This document shows, in pieces, positions 24,001-35,290 of a DNA stretch of 64,000 nt (within the stretch, counting starts at the first letter, position 1; every line of letters starts with the position of its first letter). The position numbers were made by a program, and so were the translations under genes. Origin of the DNA: Paraspadella gotoi (taxonomy: Eukaryota; Animalia; Chaetognatha); the NCBI GenBank assembly GCA_051294375.1, contig CM119264.1, positions 17,124,278 to 17,188,277 of the forward strand, given 5' to 3'. Under the pieces are notes generated by a model. That model had not been told where the DNA came from. It did no database searches and saw only the letters and a program-made list of their open reading frames with translations.

Positions 24001-27000
24001 ACTTATGATAGAATAAAAGAGAAAGTTGTGGATGATGAAAACGTTCTTGAATCATATCAAAATTTTTTAATAAAAAATTATCAGCTTTTAAGCTTAGATT
24101 ATTCAAAATTTTGGCAGCAAGTCCTAAATGAAAATTCAGTGATCCGACAACTTGCATCAGAATCAATTATGAATGAACAATGTTACACACTTCCCCCAGA
24201 TTGTCAATCTCTTTTATTATTAAGTGACCATCCTCAAAAAGATTTGATTACAAAGTTTCCATTTTCTGACTCTGAGGAAGTTTTCTGTTTATCATTTTCA
24301 CCAAATTCTAAACTTCTAGCTTGCGGAACCAAACTAGGCACTATCGTTATATTTAATGTATTAAACTTGGATGTTTATACAACATTATTTGGTCATTCGG
24401 GTGCAGTTAACAGTTTATTATTTTTGCGATCAGACTGCCTTGCATCAGCTTCATCAGATAGCACCATATGTTTGTGGGATGTACGCAACTCTGTGAGACT
24501 TAAGGTAATATCACAACATCGGGATGTAGTAGTAACACAATTGTGCCTTAATCCAAATGGATCTGATAGCTTTGCCTCAGTTGGCTTGGATAGCAAAATA
24601 TTTTTTTGGAAATCTAAATCTGGAGAAGAAATTTCTAAAGTTTCCTGTCGTAGTCCAATAAATAGTTTATCTTACCATCCACATGGTTTGAAAATTGCTA
24701 CTGCACACTGGGATTCAACAATAAGAATATTTGAAATAGAAAACAGTCAACAGAAAGCTTGTTTAAGAGGGCATACCTCTTCAGTCAGGCATGTTTCCTT
24801 TTCAGAATCAGGAAGGCAAATATTTTCTTCCGATTTGGAAGGAACGGCCATTTTATGGCAAGCAGAAATTAACCTGCCTGTCAAAAGGTTCAATCCCCAT
24901 GGAGTACATTTATTAAACAGTTTAGTTACTAAGAATTCTATTTGGTTCACAGGTGCCAATGACAGTGAAGTAAAAATATGGTCCTCGGGCTTGACAAAAC
25001 CAAGGTTTACACTGAATTCTAATGGCGCAACTTGCATTTCAATGACTGAAAGTATTAATCAGGTATTGGTTGCAGTGGGCTATTCTTCAGGACAAGTATC
25101 ACAGTTGGAGCTTTCCGTAAAAAATCATGAATTTTATTTAAAAAAAACCAGCACAATAAAAGCTCATACGAAAAGAATAACAAGCATTAAATATTTCTGC
25201 CTTATGGGAAATGACCCGATGGCTTCCTTTCATGATGAAAAGTATATCATCTCAACTTCAGAGGATGGCGGGTATAAAATATTTTTAAGTAAAACTTTGA
25301 ATTGTGAATTTAGCTTCCAAGGATTGGTCAGCATTATTTCATCTTGCATTATAGCACCCATTCATTCAAAAGATATTTCTACAGTTCTCCAAGATGCTGT
25401 CTCGATAGGTGATGAATTTCTAATAATAATTGGTTGCTCAGATTGTTCCGTTAAAGTACATGCGGTTCATGGCTATTCTGGTTTTTCTAGTGAACATGAA
25501 CTTCCTTCTGGTGAACTAGAGTTGTGTGGACATACAGCTGCAGTTACCGAAGTTATTTACAGTAGAAATGATTCTACTATACTAACTTGTGGTAAAGAAG
25601 GTTGTGTTTTTGTCTGGAGCATGTTGAACATAATAGAAAACTTATTTGATTCTAAAAAAAAAACTATGTATACTGATGAATATCAGCATATACACCATGA
25701 TTGGATAAATTCTGCCAGCTGGTCAGATGAATGGAGCAGTTTAATTACCTGCTCAAATGATAATCTTATTAAAATATCTTCACTACAAAGTGTTTTTAAA
25801 GAAAACAACATTAAAGCATGTATTTCTGGAGATCATGACGCCGTGGTCAACAAAGTAATGATAAAAAACAAGCTGATATTTTCCGGAACACAGGATGGCC
25901 GTTTAGGTATATGGACCAAGAGCAAAAACCGTATGGCAGAATTATTTTGTCTTGGTCATAAAGATTCTTCTTCCATTATAGATATTGATGTAATACAGAC
26001 ACTTTCATTGAGAAAAGGTGATAGTATTAAAGATATGACAGATATAATTAAAGATTGTACAATATTATCTCTCTCTGAAAAAACTATAGACATTTGGCAT
26101 CCATTTAGTACTAAGGAAATTCTTAAGATAAATCATCCTTCCAGTGTAAATGCAATATCCATATCTTCAAAAGTAGAAGATCATAAGCCTCAAGTCATAT
26201 CGACCTCATGTCTTGGAAACATAAGTTTGTGGGCTATAAAATATGAAAATGCTTTCAATGAGATTGCATCGACTGTTAATGCTTTATGTTTGTTAGAATT
26301 TCATAATATGAACATTGTGCTAATTGGATCAAATGATGAAAATATTAGAATGTTCAAGTTGGATGATTCTGATAATTTAAAACAAATTGATAAGTTTTCA
26401 GTTTGCAATGAAGGTCAATCTAACTGCAAAATAGAAATGTTAGAAGCATGCATCATCTCAAAGACTGAAGGTGTTGTTTGTTTTTCTCATAAATCCTCAA
26501 CACTCCCACCTTCAGCCGTATTTGGAATTATTTATATTACAGTCACATTAAATGATGATGTAATAGTAAAAATATGCAATTCACAAAAACTGAATTCCTT
26601 TATATCTATGATGAAATTATATGCAGTGCAAGATAATATATATGCCTTCATAGCTTCAAATGCTACTGAAGAAACACTTAAAGCTGGTTGTTTAAAGGTA
26701 TACTCTTTTCCAATAAGTGATGTCAGAAAACCGACTATGCGCAAAATTCAAGTGAAAAACAGTTTTTCTACTGATAATTGGATTGTTGATCTCAGTTGGG
26801 TCAAAAATAGCCTTTACTTGGCTTATTGTGATGGTGAATTTAATGAAATATGTTTTAATCTGACAAATAAATGTTCCAACAAACTAGCAGTTTCTGATTT
26901 GAAAACAAAAATTATTTTGATAAAAGATGACAAAATGGATACCAAAAACCAAATAGAAAAACCAAGTTATAGAATTACAGCCTATGATATTATTGATGGT

Positions 27001-27210
27001 TTAGTAATTTGTGCTTCATCAGATTGTAATATTCGATTCTGGGAAAATTATACGCTTATGGGCGAAATTTTTATTGGCACAAACGTCCAATCGTTGTCAG
27101 CAAAAAGACTACCGGAAATACAAACAGGAAATTTAGAATGTGTTACTGTTGTATTAGGCACTGCCCAAGGAAAATTATTAGTTCTGAAGTACATATGTAA
27201 TAATTTGTAA
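18007..27210 (+). CDS. TEP1: Telomerase protein component 1 / vault protein TEP1 (~2650 aa)
   Basis: Phase-compatible exons 18007-18122, 18285-18656, 18915-19116, ~19376 (or 19294)-19580, 19646-19790, 20151-20315, 20461-27210. S/L/T-rich N-terminus (MSLKNPLL), TROVE (DPEFILKTALYSR, LPSDWVDVA, FDEYQLAKYN, PETWETQVS, LPYMAMLRNIRN), vWA-like DLSQS, DUF4062 (IFISSTFKDF..ERD, VDLRWG), NACHT (GKSGVGKT; LIDGFD), many WD40 repeats. Confidence 0.95.
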
Positions 27211-27869
27211 TTAATTTTATTCTTAAAGCTAAACTTTGGTATAATAATTTGTGCTTTTGATGTAATTTATAAACTTTTACCCTGATGAAAAACATAAACC
27301 TAATGATAAATCTTGTACTATTGTCCTATTTTCTCTGTAAAATTTATATTTTAATAAAAGTTAATTTCCTAAAAAATATATTAAAAACTACTGTGATAGA
27401 CCTTATAGTCCCCACGTGTTCTTTTATACTATTGAAACAGTTTAAAGAAACTTCATTGAGCCAGCTACTTTAGTAGTTGATAAACTACTAGACTGTGACA
27501 GAGTCTTGATTGAAAGCTTGTAGGGTATTGCTATGTCATTTTCAAGTGGTCATGACTTTTACATCTTGCTCACTGATTAAATGGTAATGTATTTGATGTT
27601 ATCACACTCTGACTAACTATCCAGTTATTAAAGAATTTGTCAAAAAAAATTTATATTTTGTTATTCATTGCTGAAGTAGAATATTATAATTATATAAAAT
27701 TTCATTTTTACATTTGAACCATATTAAAATTAACAAATAATTAAAACAATTGTGAGAGATTTAAGAGCAAAATATTTAGGGAATAACTCTCTTTTATTTT
27801 ACATAAATGAACTGGAATAATATGCTGACTTAATTCTGTAAGTCAACATGATTACAACTATATCAATTA

Positions 27870-29282
27870 TTAAGTGCTGATACCTTTGAGGCCTTCTTTT
27901 TTTTTAAAAGTATTTTGTTGCAAGTGATTGTAAGGGTTTGAAGATAAAATAAGACCAACCTGAACAAGATGAACGATTATAGTCATAAGTATTCATAAGT
28001 AATTAAATTAGTCTTATATTACCGTAAAAAGAAAAAATATGAAGAAAAATACCAGTCCCCAGGAAACACCTAAGAGTGTAACAATATCTCGACGTGGAGG
28101 TATGATTTGGAGTACAACACGACCCTCATCCCATGAGCAATAGAAGCAGGTCATTACATTTCCTACACGATTTCAATTGAATTTAAATTTCTTAAGACAC
28201 ACCAACCGCTAAAGTCTCAACAGTTTTACCAAGTTTTCCCGTTTTATTTGTAAACATTTCCACATCTCGTCGATTGTGCTCTTTGTACGTTGATTGATAG
28301 CAGCTTGCACTTGTGGAAATTGAACACAAAGGATACAATCTGAAAAGATAAGTTAGGAAGAATAACTTGATAACATATTACATATGTATGAAATTGGTAT
28401 AACAGATATTTAATATATTTCACCTTTTTAACTGGTGAACATGAGTTTACTTTGCCAAAATAACGATAATAATGTTAATAGAGCAGTATAATTTTTTAAC
28501 AGTGTTTCCGTTAAGCGTTGTGTATTTTATATTGCTTTTGATTAAATATTGTTTGCCTCATCAACTTGAAAAAAAGTACAGTTGCTTCTTTGCTTAAGCC
28601 AGTACCTAGCATTAATCTGATCCTCATGTAGAATTGCTCCTTGAATTACATCCTCTGAAGTTGTTGGATATGAAACGATTACCTGAAAATATTTTAAAGA
28701 TCTAAAAATCATGCTCATTGAATATCGAGTTTTACAGCTAGTTTTACAAATTTACAACTTTACCCTTCCACAAGGAATTTGACTTATGCAGCTCAAACCA
28801 CAACTGCAATTTTGCCATTTGTAAATTCCCGAATGGGTAACGGTGCAATTGGTCGGAATGTAACCCCTAAAAATTAGTGTAATTGGAACTGTATAGTTAG
28901 AAGTATTTCATGTATCTAAAAATCTCATACCTATGATTGAGAATTGGTTTGATCATCAGGACGGTTATACTGGTTGCAGTTACGATCGACAAACCCGCAA
29001 ATATTAAGCCGCAACCAAAGACACGGGACAATGATTTGTACCAAGGGTGGGACGGATTTCCTGCGAAATTTTAAGGAAATAAGAAATTTTGTATTAAGAT
29101 AGGAATAATGAAAACTTGTCAGAATTGCCCACTTTTTTTTTTTTTATCTGTTTACATATTATCGTTCTCGCACCCGGAATGGGACACCCGGAAAAGAAAT
29201 CATTTTCGAAGGCAATGTCCAATTGTTTAATCTCCAAGTGAGAGTTCGACTCCATCATCGACTCTTCGTCAGATTTTTTCAT
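27870..29282 (-). CDS. KCNMB: Calcium-activated potassium (BK) channel beta-subunit-like protein (CaKB/KCNMB family; 2 TM with Cys-rich loop)
   Basis: GT-AG, phase-consistent exons 29282-29174, 29060-28931, 28866-28764, 28682-28606, 28339-28230, 28162-28023, 27959-27870. TM1 ([24 protein letters not shown]), loop [50 protein letters not shown]2 (LLGVSWGLVFSSYFFLFTVGLIL). The 3' end is uncertain. Confidence 0.75.
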
Positions 29283-31469
29283 CTTTTGTTTTTCGTTTCC
29301 CTGGCGATTCTTTTTTTTTTTTTTCCTTTCTGTATTAGCGTTTTTGTTTCCGTTTTTGATTTTCAAATCGCGAAATGGTTAGGCTTTGCTCGGCCACATC
29401 ATCTCTCCGTTTTTAGCCAACTATCGGACTTGCCTCGGTGCTTGAGGCAGCTGCGTCGCACGTAAGGCCTCGCTTATGAGACGTGAAAATTGGGTCCGTT
29501 GGCGGCGGGTGAGTCAGCGCGAGAGAAGTTTTGTCGATGTTAGCTAAAATTAGTGAGAATAAATATTGGTCAGGCGAATGGATATACTGTTAAAAAATGG
29601 ATATTATGTAATCTAATATATTTTTCAATTTTAAGTTAGCGAATAAGTTGTCGAGTCAATTGAAATTAAATATAGAATATTATTTTTACATGCTGATAAA
29701 CGGTCCACTGAAAATTTTTGGCAACAGCTCATTTTTTTATCGTTACTTTCACTATTTGGTTTCAATTAGCTGATGTTTAAGAATTTAATGCTGTAAAATT
29801 TATACGTACTAAAAAATATCTGACTTAATGCGCGAATGCCACATATTACATTATAGTATGATATATGCTGCCGCTGTTAGTGGATCGCGTTTCGGAATTG
29901 CGAGAAAAAAACGTTGAGTGAAAAAAAGAGAAATTTTTCGACAACGCTCATTGATGAAATAACAGACCAACTGAATGCCGAACGAGGAAGATTCGATGCG
30001 GGAAAGTTGAGAGCGAATCAGGAGCTGCGAGCGCGGCCTGGATCCGCGCGGCGTCGAAGGAGCGTCTGGCGCCGGCGAGGTCGATTCTGAACTGAGGCGT
30101 TAGAAATACAAATAGAAAAGCAAATATCTAGAGAATGAAATGTTTAGATTTTATTGTATGTAACGGTTTTAAGTTACTATCACTTCTATACAATATTAGT
30201 ATTCAAGTTTAATCTCTAAGATCTTGACCTCTCTGGACAAGTAAATTATTAAGAGTTGGAAAAAAAAAGTAAACCGTCCACTTTCATCCTTCGACTTTTC
30301 TATTTTCGCTTGTGCTTCGATGCTTTTCTGGCAGAAATTCTTTATAAAAGAAAAGAAAGACTTTTCCAATTAATCCGGGACAATTATTTCTTCACGCCCC
30401 AAAGTCTTGGACAGGGTGGACTTTGAAAAAGTCATTAGGCGGCTGTAGCATGGGAAGTAGCGCTACCAATAAATTTTCGGGATCAGCCTTATCTCAACCG
30501 CGATGGAGCTGAGCTTTCGATTCGCTGGACCAGAGAGAGGGAGAGAGCGAGAGAGAGACAGTGGGGCGCGAGAAGGATGGCAACGGCAGGTCGGGTTAAT
30601 TTCTGTTTCGCCCTTTACTCGCGCTCGCTCTGGCTCTTCATCCCTCTTCCTCTATCAATCTTTCCCGCTTATCTCTCCAATTTTCGTCCGTGAGTAGGTT
30701 ATTGTTGTATGAAGGTTAAAACTAATTTTATAACACTTTCACTGACATTCATTTTCAATTTTCTTAATACTCAAACCCATAATCCACTTCGAATATTGTT
30801 GGCTAAAAGCCTGAAGCACAAAAAAGAGAAAATATTAAAAAAAAACAACAAAAAACAGAAAATTCTATTTTTTTTTTAAATTTAAATTTGTTTTAAACTA
30901 GTATTCATTACAGCATTCAATATCACCTCCGGCTCAACAAAATATTTTTTTCGAACAGTCAAAGTAAGTTGTGGACAAATTTTATTAACAAATTAACAAA
31001 CAAACTCTCTAATGGATTGTCGGATTTTAGAAACGAGAGGCCAAGAGAGCAATGAGCAAGGGGGCAGCGAGACAGGAAGGTTGGCGAGATCAGATGGATG
31101 GCGATGAAAAAAAAATTAGCGATCGAATTTGCTAAGTTTTGCCAATTGTTCAATTGAAACGAGGTTTTGGCAAGAATCTTGATTCTTGGGATTTTTTTCA
31201 TGATGGTGTTAAGTTTTGATAGTTGCTTTCGAGTTGCTATTTTTTTCCTATATTTTTTCCTGCCGCCTCCCGCTGTTAAGCTGTGAAAAGTGGAAAACGA
31301 GCCTGCGAGAGTCAGCGATTTTTTGTGGTCACTGGTTCTTTTCTGTTATCTAAACCCCAGGGAATTTACAATTTGAAAAAAAAGGAATTAAAGGAAGAAA
31401 ATAAAAAAACCAGAAAAATTCCTTTAGCATAGAAATTTGTTTTAATGTAAACAAAATTAACATATGTAT

Positions 31470-31876
31470 TATGGTGGACAAAAATCAACGGCCATTGGTG
31501 CCGGAGGCAAGTCATTCTCCTCCCAATCCAAAGGTCCGGGGTTCTAGCGATGATAAAAGTGGATCAGGAGAGAGCTCGTCTCACTTCTTTTTTACTTCTC
31601 TTACATCGTAACAATTCTTTACCTTTTTCCCTACCTTTATTTTCTCATATTTTCGTCTTCTACAGTATTATATTTCCAGGAACTTGTGGCAATCTCCCAA
31701 GAATTGGATTTTGACCCAAAGGTCCGGGGTTCTAGCCCGGTGGTCGCCTTGCAGTTAAGAGGGACGGGGCGCTTAACCCACCTGTAACACGGTGTTACAG
31801 CCTGATCCGAAGCTCAGGGACTGCTTACATTGAACGGTTATGTCACTAACACATTACAATAGTTACTGTCTCTTCA
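31470..31876 (+). mobile_element. Solo LTR of the tRNA-LTR TRIM family (family 1) with a ~170 bp internal insertion
   Basis: Starts TATGGTGG, ends CTGTCTCTTCA, flanks GTAT/GAAT (3 of 4 TSD match). Aligns to the LTRs at 13288/13692. CCAAAGGTCCGGGGTTCTAGC is duplicated either side of the insert. Noisy duplicate at ~39031-39431. Confidence 0.85.
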
Positions 31877-33979
31877 GAATAGTAATTACCACCAGGTTTT
31901 ATAGGCAAAAAGTTATTGATTGTCTTTTTATAATACACTAAAACAATCACTGACGTTTTCTCTTTCTAATATAGGTTTCATTTTTTTCATTCTCTTACAA
32001 TACGCTACTACCTTGCTACTACCTTGCTCTGCACCGGTTTAGAGCTTGAAACCATTACCAAATATGTTTATGTTCCCTAGCAGTATGTTATATTATTAAG
32101 AAGGCTATTAAGAATAGGAAAAACTAATATTCTAAGAGGGGAAGCCCTGCGCTCAAGCGCGAGTGGATTAGGGCCATTTATAAGGATGCTGTAGTTAACA
32201 ATTGCAGCATACCCAAAACGAACAATATGCACGCTAGTAGGTCATTTCTATGCTAAAAAAAAATTCTAAAGAAAGAAAATGAAGAACTCCATTTAGAAAT
32301 ATTTACTAGGACATCTTATCTTTACTATAAATATGGGCATATGCGAAAATTGAAAAATAAAAATTAAATTTTTTTAATTTAAAAATGTTCACAGGTACAA
32401 GCCTGCTCGTGATCTACTATTCGAATTTTGATTCTATTTGATTTTAATATTTTTGCTACGCTTTACTGGCTATTTAACAAGAGTTAATTGAGAACTTCCT
32501 TTAATGACCTTATGGAATCATAATCTGGGCTTCTGGGCATATGTGTTCCTTTGAGTTAATAGCGTAGTAATTTGCCAGGAAAGACTCGTTTGGAGGTATA
32601 CCTGCCGTCCATGACTAAGAATATAAATACGGGGGCACAAAAATCGATAGATAAAGAAAGAAAAAGAAAAAAAGAGAGAGAGAAAGAGAGATTCCCGAAA
32701 AAGGTTTAGGACAAACAAATACGCCACCAAAATTAGACCACTATCACGCACCTCTCTCTCTCTCTCACACTCGTATTTTTATTACTAAATAAATTGGAGA
32801 GTACAAATGTTAGGAAATTATGTTTTTAAAAATATATCATGAGTTGGAATTTTTTCAGAAGTTTTTAAACTAGTTTTTAAAAAAAAATTGGAGGAAAATT
32901 GAGAAATAAGATTACTGTGAAAATTATCTTAATTAGGTTGACGTTGTCTCTAGGTCTCGAGTCGCTTGATTAAGCAACAACTGCGTCTTACTGCTACTTT
33001 TTATACTGATACAATACCGGCGAGAGGGCGAAAAGAATACACTTTAATTTTAAAATAATTCTTATCTGTACAAAGTTTACTTTTATTTTTCAATTCAATT
33101 AGTCTTCAAGAATTGAAAGAGTGTGACTATTAACCTGATTCCCCGCCCTGAAGAGTAAATTTTAAAACTTAACTTCGATCCGAATTAAAGAATTAAAAAA
33201 ATTAGGAAAAAAAAAATTAACTTTGGCTTTAAAAAACGATTTTAACACTCGAAACGTAATTGCATTTATGACTCTTTTTCACTTTTGGTTTTTAAACCAG
33301 ACGGGCAAAAGTTTCAGTACAAGTATAAAACTGAAGTTTATGACCCATTTTCATACTAAAATGTTTTTCCTTCATTTTTAAATATTTTGACTAGCTTTAG
33401 TTCGTTACAAGCAAACTTGAATAAAACAATCAATCATCTTTTTTTCAATAAAATTGAAAAACCTGGAAAAGTGAAAAAAAAACCCACAAAAAATTGTATT
33501 GCTTCAGTTTTGTACCATAGGCCGGAAATACAATTAAAAATTGTAAGAATATATACGTCAATCTAGTGTTTAGCCTATTTTGTCTTCGTAATTAGTCAAC
33601 TTTTGTTTCAATTCAACCTGACTTAAACCACCGTCATGCAACGCAGCTCACTCACTACCTATCAGTTTTTGTAAACTTATCTTTTTTCTCTCTGTGTTCT
33701 TATATAGTGCTGTATTTCTATAGCCGAAGATTAATCAAAATAGATATGACGAAATCTATTAGTAATAAAAATACCGGTTTTAGCATAAATAACATAAATA
33801 ACACTAACGTGGATATTTTTTTCAAGCCTCTCATTTAAAATTGTCCGCTAATAACGGAAATGCTCTTTAAAATGTTGATTCGAAATCTCTCAGCTCCTCC
33901 AAAAAAAAAGCAAAAATAAATAAAGAAAGACATTAAAAAAAGAAAAAATCGAAAAGAAAGATCGAGCACGAAAAGAGAG

Positions 33980-34039
<60 letters not shown>

Positions 34040-34749
34040 AAAAAAAAATGAATGAACGAATTTTCTTATTCTGGATTGATTCCCCAAGAGTTCATGACCA
34101 ATTGAGGGCTCGTAAAACAGGTTTCGTTCGCAGCCAACGATTTATTCCCTCAAAAAAAGTCAAAAAATCCACGAATCTTCGAGGGAGTCGATTCGACGTT
34201 AACATTCCGATGTTTAAGACGTTAATCAGTTAACTTTATGTCGCTCGTCATGTTATCTCGATTTCCCAATCCAGAAGCCGACTTCTCCTGGTGAGTAATG
34301 CGATATGTCAACTTGACCTTTTTGTAAGTGTGTGTTTGTGTTTGCATCGCGAACTCAAAAGCATTTGGTAAGTTTAATATAAAAATCGTATCTTCTAAGT
34401 GCAGACATAAACTAGTAAAATTTCAAGATGAATATTTTCCTTAAAGAATTCCCCCCCCCACAAAAAAAAGAAAACCAGACAGGTTTATCCGATGAACTGT
34501 TGCGCCCACAGATAATTTATTTTCATGTGTAGTTCTCGTAACATGACATGACGTGATCTGACATACATGAGTGAGTAATATGACTACATGACTAAAAACG
34601 TTTCTTAGCCGGGTATTCTATGACATGCACTGCAATTCAAAATTCTGTCTTTTATTCCTTCTAAGTTTTAGGATTTCCTGAAGGCCGGGGTTAGCAGTTG
34701 AGGTTGACTACCTATCATAGGCAAATTTATATACATTTTAGCATAATGT

Positions 34750-34832
34750 GGGACAGACCGAACGGACAGACATACCGACCGAAAAGTGACTTATTGAGTT
34801 GCTTCTGCGTTATGCGCGGCGCAACTAAAAAA
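34750..34832 (+). mobile_element. Helentron/HINE (DINE-1-like) 3'-end fragment
   Basis: GACAGACCGAACGGACAGAC microsatellite-like block followed by hairpin AGTTGC...GCAACT and an A-run, the usual HINE 3' layout. Confidence 0.4.
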
Positions 34833-35290
34833 ACAGTACCTTGAACTTCGGATCCCTATCATGATACACTAAGCGGGTTTTCTTGCTCGTGCCACTCAGT
34901 GACCACCGCGGCTCGAAATCGCAGAGAGCCAAGGACTATACGAGTGTTGCTGTGACTTTGAGCCCTCCAAAATATTATTCTAAAAGTTTAACATTTTATA
35001 CCGATAGTACTGAAAATAGTATTATAAATAAATATGGCGTGATAACGGTAAATTACTGTAATAAATAAAGGATACAATAATTTCTAAGTTGCTAAGTTAG
35101 TCGAATTTTAATATCGTACCTCCGCCTTTTTTGCCCTTTATCGTTATCGTCTTGCCAATCACATTCCATTTTTATCCTTGCGCCATATTATTTTATTATC
35201 CATTTCCCCGTTTCACCTAATTCCTGCAGACCCCCTATCCCTCCTGCGGCCCCACGTGATTGTAACCGCCCCCCCCCATCATCTTGCACA

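Noticed and set aside
29866-30090. Coiled-coil-like coding patch ([18 protein letters not shown]...)
   Set aside because: Broken by stops or frameshifts in both copies, with no clear splice sites or recognisable homology.
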